Origin: Candidatus Saganbacteria bacterium
GTDB taxonomy: Bacteria; Margulisbacteria; WOR-1; JAKLHX01
Assembly (NCBI GenBank): GCA_026387835.1
Contig: JAPLKZ010000005.1
Location: 210,001 to 242,000, forward strand
DNA: 32,000 bases
Direction: 5' to 3'
This document shows positions 16,956 through 25,356 of this stretch, piece by piece; the first letter of the stretch is position 1; each line of letters starts with the position of its first letter. The notes beneath the pieces were generated by a model. It worked only from the letters and a program-made list of their open reading frames with translations, made no database searches and was not told the origin of the DNA. A program made the translations under genes and the position numbers.

Positions 16956-18411
16956 AAATGAGTTCCTGGAACTTTCTAAAAAAGGCAACCTGATCCCTGT
17001 CTACAGGGAAATAATCGCAGACACGGAGACCCCGGTTTCCGCGCTTTCAAAGATCGCCGGAAAGTATTCTTTTCTGCTGGAAAGCGTTGAAGGCGGAGAG
17101 AACCTGGCGAGATATTCTTTTCTCGGCTGCGATCCCGAAATATTGTTCAGGAGCAAAGGCGGCGATATCGAGATCATATCCGTATCGGGAAAAAGAAAGA
17201 CGACAGAGAAAAAGAAAGGCGACCCCTTAAAGGCGCTTAAAGAGGTCCTGGGGAAATATAAACCCGTAGATATAGAGGGCCTGCCGCGGTTTCACGGGGG
17301 AGCGGTCGGATATATAGGATATGATACCGTAAGATTTTTTGAGAACATCCCCGATAAGAACAGGGATGAGCTCAAGGTCCCGGACTGCCAGTTCCTTCTA
17401 ACGGACACGTTCCTCGCGTTCGACCACGTGAAGCACAAGATAATCGTGATCTCAAACGCTTTCATAGAAAATGACCCGCAGGGAGCATACGATAAAGCTG
17501 TCGCAAAGATCGAAGCGATAGCAAAAAAGCTCAAGAAGGCCTCATCTCTAAGACCGCTGGATATCTCCGGCAAAAAAAAGCAATTAAAAATCGAATCTAA
17601 CACATCTAAAAATGAGTTCGAAAAATCGGTTGAAGCGGCAAAAGAATATATAAAAGCCGGCGATGTCATCCAGGTCGTCCTTTCACAAAGGCTCAGCACC
17701 GGCGCCGCGATAACTCCGCTTGACGTGTACCGGAGCCTGAGGACGATCAACCCTTCGCCGTATATGTATTATTTTTCTTTTGACGGCATGCATCTTATCG
17801 GCTCATCCCCCGAGGTCATGGTAAGGCTGGAGAACGGGACCGCGACGGTCCGCCCGATAGCGGGCACGATGCCCAGAGGGAAAGACGAGAACGAGGACAA
17901 AGCTCTTGAGAAGGAACTTCTTTCTGATGAAAAAGAAAAAGCCGAACACATAATGCTCGTGGACCTGGCCAGGAACGACCTCGGCCGGGTCTGCGAGACG
18001 GGCACGATAAAGATCTCAGATTTCATGTCGATCGAGCGTTATTCTCACGTGATGCATATAGTCACGAACGTCTCCGGGAAATTATCCTCCGGCAAGGACG
18101 CTTTTGATCTTTTTGCGGCTTCTTTCCCGGCAGGCACTGTTTCGGGCGCCCCGAAAGTCAGGGCCATGGAGATCATCGACGAGCTTGAGAACGTGAAAAG
18201 GGGGCCTTACGCGGGCGCGGTGGGTTATTTTGATTTCAGGGGCAACCTTGATACCTGCATAACGATAAGGACTATATTGATGATAGGCAAAAAAGCCTAT
18301 ATCCAGGCGGGCGCCGGCATTGTGGCGGATTCTGTCCCGGAGAAAGAATACTTTGAAAGCCTGAACAAGGCAAGAGCGCTGCTCAAGGCGATAGAGGACG
18401 TCTCTAAATGA
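16939..18411 (+). CDS. trpE: Anthranilate synthase component I (chorismate-binding enzyme)
   Basis: 490 aa. FLLESVEGGENLARYSF (LLES Trp-feedback motif), PSPYMYY, GTMPRG, HIMLVDLARND, GAPKVRAMEII, RGPYAGAVGY. Confidence 0.9.
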   Translation: MYFPNKNEFLELSKKGNLIPVYREIIADTETPVSALSKIAGKYSFLLESVEGGENLARYSFLGCDPEILFRSKGGDIEIISVSGKRKTTEKKKGDPLKALKEVLGKYKPVDIEGLPRFHGGAVGYIGYDTVRFFENIPDKNRDELKVPDCQFLLTDTFLAFDHVKHKIIVISNAFIENDPQGAYDKAVAKIEAIAKKLKKASSLRPLDISGKKKQLKIESNTSKNEFEKSVEAAKEYIKAGDVIQVVLSQRLSTGAAITPLDVYRSLRTINPSPYMYYFSFDGMHLIGSSPEVMVRLENGTATVRPIAGTMPRGKDENEDKALEKELLSDEKEKAEHIMLVDLARNDLGRVCETGTIKISDFMSIERYSHVMHIVTNVSGKLSSGKDAFDLFAASFPAGTVSGAPKVRAMEIIDELENVKRGPYAGAVGYFDFRGNLDTCITIRTILMIGKKAYIQAGAGIVADSVPEKEYFESLNKARALLKAIEDVSK

Positions 18412-19667
18412 TAAATTTCCGCCTGCTCAGGAATTCCGACATGACACTGTGGATCTGCGCGGCATTCCTTGTCCTGACCGGTTTTTTGGCCATATATTCA
18501 TCGACGTTCGCGATGATGTCAAGAAAAGCGGCGATCTTTACCGAAGCCAATATAGATTCCCTGATGTTCTTAAAAAGGCACCTTGCTACTTTTTTCGTGG
18601 CGCTGTTGTTCATGTCGTTTTTCATGTACATCGATTATGCCCATCTGAAAACGGCTTCGTCATGGCTTTACGCTTTCATGATAGTCCTTCTTTTGACCGT
18701 GCTGTTCGTCGGTTTTGAAAGCTACGGGGCGCAGCGATGGATAGGGGCCGGGCCGTTTTCATTCCAGCCTTCGGAGATATCCAAGCTGATAATCATCATA
18801 GCTCTCGCAAAATATCTGGAGTCTAAAAAAGGCCTTGAACGCCTGAGAGACCTTTTTTTGCCGGCGGTGATAGTCGGCGTGCCGTTTTTGATGATATTCA
18901 AACAGCCGGACCTGGGCACCGCGCTCGTGCTTGCCGCGATCACGGTCACGATGGTCGTCTGGACGCAGGACAACCCGATGATATTATTACTGATATTCAC
19001 TCCGGTCATCAGCGTCTTTGCCAGTCTCGCATGGATATGGTGGCTGGTCTATCTTGTTATCCTTGCGGCCGCGCTCTATCTCATCAGGCCTAAAGTAATA
19101 GATTTTATTTCCATAATAGCGGTGAATATTTTGACCGGACTTGCCGTGCCTGTGGTCTGGCATCTTTTAAAGGATTACCAGAAACAGAGGCTCTTTATCT
19201 TTTTGAACCCGTCTTCCGACCCGTTCGGCGCGGGATACCACACTATCCAGTCGCAGATCGCCATAGGTTCCGGAGGATTTTTCGGGGCCGGATATCTTCA
19301 CGGCACACAGACACAGCTGCAGTTCATCCCGCAGCAGTGGACCGATTTCATCTTTTCGATGATCGGAGAGGAGTTCGGCCTGATCGGATCATTGCTGGTG
19401 ATAATCGTGTTCGCGGTGCTCATCTGGAGGGCGATAACCATTGCTATAGAAGCCGGGGATATGTTCGGAAGCCTTTTGGCCGCGGGGATCGCCGCGATGT
19501 TCGCTTTTCACGCGGCTGTCAATATCGGCATGACGCTCGGCATCGCGCCAGTCGTTGGAATACCTCTTCCTTTTATCAGCTATGGCGGAACATCATTAAT
19601 AGTGTCTTTGAGCGCGATAGGGATACTCCAGAGCATTTCGATGAGAAGGGTGAAGCTGTTCTTTTAG
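18408..19667 (+). CDS. SEDS-family peptidoglycan glycosyltransferase (FtsW/RodA/SpoVE)
   Basis: 419 aa polytopic membrane protein. FQPSEISKL, QPDLGTA and PLPFISYGGTSL motifs. RodA and FtsW cannot be told apart by eye. Confidence 0.9.
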   Translation: MINFRLLRNSDMTLWICAAFLVLTGFLAIYSSTFAMMSRKAAIFTEANIDSLMFLKRHLATFFVALLFMSFFMYIDYAHLKTASSWLYAFMIVLLLTVLFVGFESYGAQRWIGAGPFSFQPSEISKLIIIIALAKYLESKKGLERLRDLFLPAVIVGVPFLMIFKQPDLGTALVLAAITVTMVVWTQDNPMILLLIFTPVISVFASLAWIWWLVYLVILAAALYLIRPKVIDFISIIAVNILTGLAVPVVWHLLKDYQKQRLFIFLNPSSDPFGAGYHTIQSQIAIGSGGFFGAGYLHGTQTQLQFIPQQWTDFIFSMIGEEFGLIGSLLVIIVFAVLIWRAITIAIEAGDMFGSLLAAGIAAMFAFHAAVNIGMTLGIAPVVGIPLPFISYGGTSLIVSLSAIGILQSISMRRVKLFF

Positions 19668-19690
19668 AGCTTATCGCTTAGAGCTTCTTC

Positions 19691-19719
19691 TTGCCATTGC
19701 TCCCCGCATTTGTTATCAT
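19691..19719 (+). promoter_or_regulatory. Putative promoter of glyQ (extended -10)
   Basis: TTGCCA 19691-19696, 17-nt spacer ending in TGT, TATCAT 19714-19719. It lies 14 nt before the ATG at 19734, with no SD. Confidence 0.4.
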
Positions 19720-19733
19720 ATTTTCAATAATAG

Positions 19734-20633
19734 ATGAAAAAAACGAAGCAATTAAATTTTCAGGAGATCATCTTCAGGCTTGAGCAGTACTGGGCAGGGC
19801 AGGGATGCGTGATCCAGCAGCCGTACGATATGGAAAAGGGCGCGGGCACAATGTCTCCCCCGACTTTTTTCAGAGTGCTGGGACCGGAGCCTTGGAACGT
19901 GGCGTACGTCGATCCCGTGCGGCGTCCCGGGGACGGAAGGTACGGTGAAAATCCGAACAGGCTCGGAGCTTATTATCAATACCAGGTCATCCTGAAACCG
20001 TCACCCCTGGACGTACAGGACATCTATATAAAATCTTTGAGCGTCCTCGGCATCGACCCGAAAAAACACGACCTGAAATTCGTTGAAGACAACTGGGAGT
20101 CCCCCACGCTCGGAGCCTGGGGCGTCGGCTGGGAAGTCTGGCTTGACGGGCTTGAGATAACCCAGTTCACATATTTCCAGCAGTGCGGGGGGTTCGAGCT
20201 GAAGCCGATAAGCGCGGAGATAACTTACGGCCTTGAGAGGCTCGCGATGTACATCCAGAAAAAGACGAACGTCTACGATATAGAATGGAATGAGCGGGTC
20301 ACTTACGGCGATGTGCACCTCCAGGCCGAGAAGGAATATTCAAAGTTCAGTTTTGAGGAGGCTGATATCGATCTCCTGATGCAGTGGTTTGAAGGATACG
20401 AGAAAGAATCCTCGAGGCTTTTGAGATCGAACCTGGTCCTGCCCGCGTACGATTATGTGCTGAAGTGCTCTCACGCGTTCAATCTTCTGGAAGCGCGCGG
20501 AGCGATAAGCGTTACGGAAAGAGCTAATTATATAGGCAAGATCAGGAAGCTCGCGCGTATCTGCGCCAAATTATACCTGGAACAGAGAGAACAGTTAAGT
20601 TATCCGCTGATAAAAAATAAGGAGAATAAATAG
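19734..20633 (+). CDS. glyQ: Glycine--tRNA ligase alpha subunit
   Basis: [34 protein letters not shown]...[15 protein letters not shown] is near-invariant GlyQ sequence. 299 aa. Confidence 0.96.
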   Translation: MKKTKQLNFQEIIFRLEQYWAGQGCVIQQPYDMEKGAGTMSPPTFFRVLGPEPWNVAYVDPVRRPGDGRYGENPNRLGAYYQYQVILKPSPLDVQDIYIKSLSVLGIDPKKHDLKFVEDNWESPTLGAWGVGWEVWLDGLEITQFTYFQQCGGFELKPISAEITYGLERLAMYIQKKTNVYDIEWNERVTYGDVHLQAEKEYSKFSFEEADIDLLMQWFEGYEKESSRLLRSNLVLPAYDYVLKCSHAFNLLEARGAISVTERANYIGKIRKLARICAKLYLEQREQLSYPLIKNKENK

Positions 20634-20635
20634 CA

Positions 20636-21325
20636 ATGAATAAACTATTGAAGCTTTTTGACAAGAATAAATTGACACTGATAGTAAGCCTGCCGGACAA
20701 TTCCCCGGACCTCGCAAAAGCGGCGGTCGCCGGAGGAGCGGACGCGCTTAAGGTCCACATCAACATAAAGCATCAGGCAAGCGGCGTCACTTTCGGCTCT
20801 CTTGACCAGGAAGGCCCAAATCTTGAAAAGATACTAAAGGCGGCAAAGATACCGGTCGGTATTGTTCCGGGCAACGAAAAGAAGCCCTCCGAGAAAGAGA
20901 TGCAGGAGATAATCAAAATGGGGTTTGATTTCTTTGACATGAACATAAATCAGATGCCGCCTTTCATGCTGGGGCTCAAAGGCATCACAAAAGTCGCGGC
21001 GATAGACGGAAAGGACGCGTCCGAGCGCCTCGTCACGATAAAAGAAGAGAACTGCGAAGCTATCGAGGCGGCGATCATCCCGCATCTCGGATACGGCCAG
21101 AACCTGACTATCGGCGACCTTCAGTATTACATCAGCATCGCGATAACTTCGCAGCTGCCGGTGATCGTGCCTACTCAGAGAAAGATCGGATCTGATGAGG
21201 TCCCGATAATAGCCGAGACGGGCGTCAAATCGCTGATGATAGGAGCTATCGTGACAGGGAAGACAGCTAAGATGATCGAACAGGCCACCAGAGATTACAG
21301 AAAAGCGATAGACAAGCTGGAATGA
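20636..21325 (+). CDS. Uncharacterised TIM-barrel protein (phosphate-binding barrel; NanE / MfnB-like layout)
   Basis: 229 aa. Alternating beta-alpha pattern: LIVSLP ... AGGADALKVHIN ... IPVGIVPG ... AIEAAIIPH ... PVIVPT ... GVKSLMIGAIVTGKT (terminal phosphate-binding-type loop). SD AAGGAG lies inside the glyQ 3-prime end. The family assignment is tentative. Confidence 0.55.
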   Translation: MNKLLKLFDKNKLTLIVSLPDNSPDLAKAAVAGGADALKVHINIKHQASGVTFGSLDQEGPNLEKILKAAKIPVGIVPGNEKKPSEKEMQEIIKMGFDFFDMNINQMPPFMLGLKGITKVAAIDGKDASERLVTIKEENCEAIEAAIIPHLGYGQNLTIGDLQYYISIAITSQLPVIVPTQRKIGSDEVPIIAETGVKSLMIGAIVTGKTAKMIEQATRDYRKAIDKLE

Positions 21326-22092
21326 TCAAGCTGTCCAGGCCAGCGGTCGCGGCAGTCCTCGTACAATTATTCCTCATATTGTTTTCAATAAGGGCTTTTG
21401 CATTTTCTTTCGCCGTGATGGGCGACAACCAGGGCAATGACAAAATATTTCAAAAAATCCTTACTATGGTGGACAGTGATAAAAGCATAAATTTTGCTGT
21501 CAATACCGGCGATATCACCTCTACAAGTTCCGCGTGGGAATTCAAGAAATATAAAAGCATGATCAGCCATTCGAGAGTAAAGTTTTACAACTGCATAGGC
21601 AACCATGACGTCCAATATCTTGGCAGGCAGATATTTATGGCAACATTCGGCAGCACTTACTATTCCTGGGACCACGGGGGCTATCATTTTATTTGCCTTG
21701 ATAATGTACGGCCGAACGGGCTGGGCAGTTTGCAATATTCCTGGCTGAAGAAGGACCTCTCTTTAAATAAAGACAAGCCCAAGTTCATTTTCATGCACAA
21801 GCCGTTATTTGACATTTCCGGTTCTTTTCCGGAAGAAGTCATGTTCCCCAGAGCCCAGGCAGCAAGCTTGACGGCTATTTTCAAAAAAAATAAAGTCAAG
21901 GCGGTCTTCTGCGGGCATGTCCACGGATACGCAAAAGAAGAAAAAGACGGCGTCTTGTATATTATCGCGGCAGGAGGCGGGGGCTCTCTGTACCTGCCTT
22001 ATTTTTCCGGCGGGTTCTATAACTACGTTAATATTACGGTCGACGATGATAATATATATGATGAGGTCATCAAGATCGAAGATGAAAATTGA
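21322..22092 (+). CDS. Exported or membrane-anchored calcineurin-like metallophosphoesterase
   Basis: N-terminal hydrophobic signal/anchor (AVAAVLVQLFLILFSIRAFA). Motifs MGDNQG (motif I lacks the usual His), NTGDIT, GNHD, FMHKP, GHVHGY. ATGA overlap with the upstream gene. Confidence 0.85.
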   Translation: MIKLSRPAVAAVLVQLFLILFSIRAFAFSFAVMGDNQGNDKIFQKILTMVDSDKSINFAVNTGDITSTSSAWEFKKYKSMISHSRVKFYNCIGNHDVQYLGRQIFMATFGSTYYSWDHGGYHFICLDNVRPNGLGSLQYSWLKKDLSLNKDKPKFIFMHKPLFDISGSFPEEVMFPRAQAASLTAIFKKNKVKAVFCGHVHGYAKEEKDGVLYIIAAGGGGSLYLPYFSGGFYNYVNITVDDDNIYDEVIKIEDEN

Positions 22093-22109
22093 GAGGATCT
22101 TCATTTAAC

Positions 22110-23579
22110 ATGAAAAAGATCGCATTGGTCCCGCTTGACGACCGTCCGTGCAATCTAAAGTTCCCTGCTAAGCTGGCTTCAGCGGAGAATATAGAAATAA
22201 TATGTCCTCCCAAAGAAATATTGGGCCATTTTCTTGATCCCGGTTCTCCTGATGATATCGCATCATGGATAGAAAGTAAGATAGACGAGGCCGATGCTTT
22301 CATCATCTCGATAGACATGTTGTGTTACGGCGGGCTTATCGCGTCGCGCCGGCCTAAGGTAGCTCTTGAGGAAGCCGTTAAAAGGCTCGGTATAATATCA
22401 AAGATCAAAAAGACAAGGCCGGATGTCCCCGTCTATCTGTTCAATGTTTTAATGAGGATGTCGATAACGGTGGAAAATGAAGATTCTAAAATTATCTGGG
22501 AGAATATTTTCAGATTCTTCGAGCTTTCGGCAGTCGCAGAGATCACAAAAAACCACGGGGACGTCAAGGCTGCCGAGGATATAAAAAAAAGAATACCAAA
22601 AAATATTTTTGATGATTACTTCTTAGCCAGAAAAAGGAATCATGAGATAAATAAAAAAACGATCGAACTGGCAGGCAGCAGCTTCGCGGACTTTATAGTG
22701 ATCGCAAAGGAAGACTGCGCTGTTAACGGGCCTCAAAAAGAAGAGGAAACCGACCTGAGTAAGATGATAGACGACGGCGGGCTTGGGCAAAAGGCTGTGA
22801 TAATGAACGGTGCTGATGAAGCGGCTTGTGTTTTAGTCTCAAGGATGATACTTAAAACAACAAACAAGACGCCTTTAATTGCGGCAAGATATTCAAAGAA
22901 CAAAGGCAAAGACATCGCCCTGTATGAGGACGAAGAACTCTGCGGGGTTGTTTCCGATCATATAAATGCTCTCGGGGCAAAAGAGACCGCGTCCCTGAAA
23001 GATGCAGAGGTCGTCCTTTTTGTCCATTCGTTCGACAAAAAGCAGAAAGACCTTTTATTCGAGGAAGTTATGATGCGGGGGGAAGAAGAACGGCACCTGC
23101 TGAAGAATTTCTGTTCTGAGATCGTGCTTGCTGCGGAGATCGGAAAGAAGACCGCGGTAGCCGACTGCTGTTATGCCAACGGAGGCGACCCTGAGTTCAT
23201 GCTCTATCTGAAAAATGCCATAGACCTGTCATCGCTGTCCTCTTTTGCCGGCTGGAACACGGCGGGCAATTCTATCGGCTGCAGCCTTGCGCAGGCAGTC
23301 CTTCCGCAGAACAAGAGTTTTCTGCTGGAGCGTTTCATTGATGATCTGGGGTATCAGGCGACTGTCCGGCCTAAAATAAACGCCTTAATAAAACAAAAAG
23401 GGATATCGCCGTTTAATTTGGGCGATAATAACAAGGAAGTCGAGCAGATGGTGATCTCAGAAATGGATACATGGACAAAAGAATTCTTGTCAAGCTTACA
23501 GCTCACAACTTACACCTTACAGCTATCCCTTCCCTGGCCCCGGACCTTCGAAATCGACTGTGATATAATCTTGCCATGA
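22110..23579 (+). CDS. DUF4127-like protein of unknown function
   Basis: The N-terminus MKKIALVPLDDRPCN matches my recollection of the PLDxRPxN start of the DUF4127 (PF13552) family, and the length of ~490 aa fits. The ORF track's alternative TTG start at 22089 would overlap the upstream stop (TTGA). The CDS is solid; the family call comes from memory. Confidence 0.55.
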   Translation: MKKIALVPLDDRPCNLKFPAKLASAENIEIICPPKEILGHFLDPGSPDDIASWIESKIDEADAFIISIDMLCYGGLIASRRPKVALEEAVKRLGIISKIKKTRPDVPVYLFNVLMRMSITVENEDSKIIWENIFRFFELSAVAEITKNHGDVKAAEDIKKRIPKNIFDDYFLARKRNHEINKKTIELAGSSFADFIVIAKEDCAVNGPQKEEETDLSKMIDDGGLGQKAVIMNGADEAACVLVSRMILKTTNKTPLIAARYSKNKGKDIALYEDEELCGVVSDHINALGAKETASLKDAEVVLFVHSFDKKQKDLLFEEVMMRGEEERHLLKNFCSEIVLAAEIGKKTAVADCCYANGGDPEFMLYLKNAIDLSSLSSFAGWNTAGNSIGCSLAQAVLPQNKSFLLERFIDDLGYQATVRPKINALIKQKGISPFNLGDNNKEVEQMVISEMDTWTKEFLSSLQLTTYTLQLSLPWPRTFEIDCDIILP

Positions 23580-24835
23580 ACGATATCCAGACAGATGTAC
23601 TCGTGTGCGGAGCCGGTCCCGCGGGTTTTGCGGCCGCGATAGCGGCTTCAAGGCTGGAAGTAAAAGTCCTTTTGCTGGAGCGTTACGGGTTCCTGGGAGG
23701 GATGGCGGCCGCAGGGATCGTGAACCCTTTCATGGTACCGAAACTGAACGGCGAGCCGCTTGTAAAAGGCATATTTGAAGAGATAACAGAAAGGCTGAAG
23801 AAAGAAAATGGTTGCGCCGAAGGCTCCCTTTTTGACCAGCCGCACATCATATTTGATCAGGAGGTCCTGAAAAATATTCTTTTTGAGATGATAGACGAAG
23901 CGCAGATAAAACTTTTGCTCCACAGTTTTGCGGTCGCATCCATAATGAAAGGCAATGAGATAAAAGGCGTTGTCGCTGCGGGAAAATCAGGCGACATCAA
24001 AATATTCGCGAAACGGGTGGTAGACGCGACAGGGGATGGTGATATAGCCGCTTTATCAGGCGCGGAATTCGAAAAAGGCAGGCCGCAGGACCATTTAAGC
24101 CAGCCGATGACACTTATGTTCAGGGTCTCGGGCATCGACGAAGAAAACATGCCTTCCAGGGAAAAGATCGATGAGTTATTTTTGGAAAGCAAAAGACAGG
24201 GCAGAATACGCACGCCGAGGGAGAACTTTCTCTGGTTCGAAACGACAAGGAAAGGCGAGATACAGGTCAATTCCACAAGAGTTCCCAAAGTAGACGGCAC
24301 TGACGTGCTTGACCTTACAAAGGCTGAGGTCGAGGCAAGAAAACAGGTATCGAATTTATTCAAATTCCTGAAAACCGTCCCGGGCTTTGAGAATTCTTAT
24401 ATAAGCCTTGTCGCACCTCAGGTCGGTGTAAGGGAATCAAGAAGGGTCGCAGGAGAATACAGGCTGACGGAAAACGATGTGATGGACGGCACTAAGTTCG
24501 ATGATCCGGTCGCCAGGTGTAATTATCCGATAGATATCCATAGCCCCGACGGGAGGAGCACTACGTTCAGAAAGCCCGGACCGGGGACTTACTACGAGAT
24601 ACCCTACAGGTGCCTTGTTCCAAAGAAGATAGAGAATTTGCTTGTGGCGGGAAGATGTATTTCCGTGACGCACGAAGCGCTGTCCTCGATGAGGATAATG
24701 CCGGTCTGCATGGCTCTCGGCCAGGCAGCGGGCGCGGCAGCCGCCATCTCTTTGAAAAAACATGTCACTCCCCGCAAAATAGATTACTGCGACCTGAGAA
24801 AGGTGATCAATGAACAGGGAGCCGAAATGCGGTGA
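23576..24835 (+). CDS. FAD-dependent oxidoreductase (PF12831 FAD_oxidored type)
   Basis: DVLVCGAGPAGFAAAIAASR dinucleotide-binding fold, ERYGFLGGMAAAG. C-terminal YEIPYRCLVPK..NLLVAGRCIS and GQAAGAAAA are typical of this family. ATGA overlap with the upstream gene. Confidence 0.85.
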   Translation: MNDIQTDVLVCGAGPAGFAAAIAASRLEVKVLLLERYGFLGGMAAAGIVNPFMVPKLNGEPLVKGIFEEITERLKKENGCAEGSLFDQPHIIFDQEVLKNILFEMIDEAQIKLLLHSFAVASIMKGNEIKGVVAAGKSGDIKIFAKRVVDATGDGDIAALSGAEFEKGRPQDHLSQPMTLMFRVSGIDEENMPSREKIDELFLESKRQGRIRTPRENFLWFETTRKGEIQVNSTRVPKVDGTDVLDLTKAEVEARKQVSNLFKFLKTVPGFENSYISLVAPQVGVRESRRVAGEYRLTENDVMDGTKFDDPVARCNYPIDIHSPDGRSTTFRKPGPGTYYEIPYRCLVPKKIENLLVAGRCISVTHEALSSMRIMPVCMALGQAAGAAAAISLKKHVTPRKIDYCDLRKVINEQGAEMR

Positions 24836-25145
24836 CAGTCTGTCCGGTGCACTTCTTGCGGATCAGATCAAATCTGTCTATCCGGAAAAGACGCCGGCAG
24901 AGATCGCTGAAAAGCTGGGCCTCAAAGTAATATTTGAAAGACCTGTCAATATGGGCGGAGTAAAAAGGATCAGCGAATACAGGCCGAAAACAAAAGAAAT
25001 AGCGGTATTTTACAGTGAAAAAAAAGACGAAGCGGTCGCGCATGAGCTGTTCCATTATTTTGAAATGGCGAACGCGTTGAGGCCCGGCCGTAATAAGATA
25101 TCCGAGTCCGAAGCCTCAATATTCGCAAAAAATCTGATACAATAA
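24810..25145 (+). CDS. Mini ImmA/IrrE-like HExxH metallopeptidase-domain protein (111 aa)
   Basis: IAEKLGLKVIFE ... EIAVFYSEKKDEAVAHELFHYFE reproduces the ImmA/DUF955 layout (LAxxLGIxV ... I.IN ... R.RFTLAHELGH). SD AAGGTGA upstream. Overlaps the upstream gene by 26 nt. Much shorter than typical family members. Confidence 0.55.
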   Translation: MNREPKCGDSLSGALLADQIKSVYPEKTPAEIAEKLGLKVIFERPVNMGGVKRISEYRPKTKEIAVFYSEKKDEAVAHELFHYFEMANALRPGRNKISESEASIFAKNLIQ

Positions 25146-25182
25146 TAATATCCGTTGAATAAAAAAAAGGAGGGGAACGAAA

Positions 25183-25293
25183 ATGGCAAATAAAGAACAA
25201 CAGGGCAATAAGAATGACAAAAAAGCGCCGAAGCTGTCGCTGAAAGAGAAGAGGGCGGCAAAGAAAGAAAAACAGGCGACAAAGCATTATTAG
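25183..25293 (+). CDS. Putative 36-aa lysine-rich microprotein (MANKEQQGNKNDKKAPKLSLKEKRAAKKEKQATKHY)
   Basis: Strong SD AAGGAGGGG 7-8 nt upstream of the ATG at 25183; TAG stop at 25291-25293. Below the ORF-track size cut-off. No homology recognised. Confidence 0.45.
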   Translation: MANKEQQGNKNDKKAPKLSLKEKRAAKKEKQATKHY

Positions 25294-25356
25294 AAAAGTT
25301 CGACTAACACGGGCAGCGCACCACATACCGCACAATTGTGTTAGAATTCTTTTTGA

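Noticed and set aside
19664-19685. Direct repeat TTAGAGCTT x2 just after the SEDS gene stop
   Set aside because: It is a very short 9-nt repeat present in two copies in an intergenic region. It has no associated structure or context and is probably chance.
19668-19733. T-box or other riboswitch leaders upstream of glyQ, glyA (6319-6369) or trpE
   Set aside because: The intergenic regions are only 66 and 51 bp or absent (trpE overlaps its neighbour). That is far too short for a T-box (~200 nt) or any known riboswitch.
25304-25350. Possible terminator after the 36-codon ORF (CTAACAC ... GTGTTAG followed by AATTCTTTTT)
   Set aside because: The stem is only 7 bp, closes a 27-nt loop and is separated from the T-run. 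It is too weak to call.
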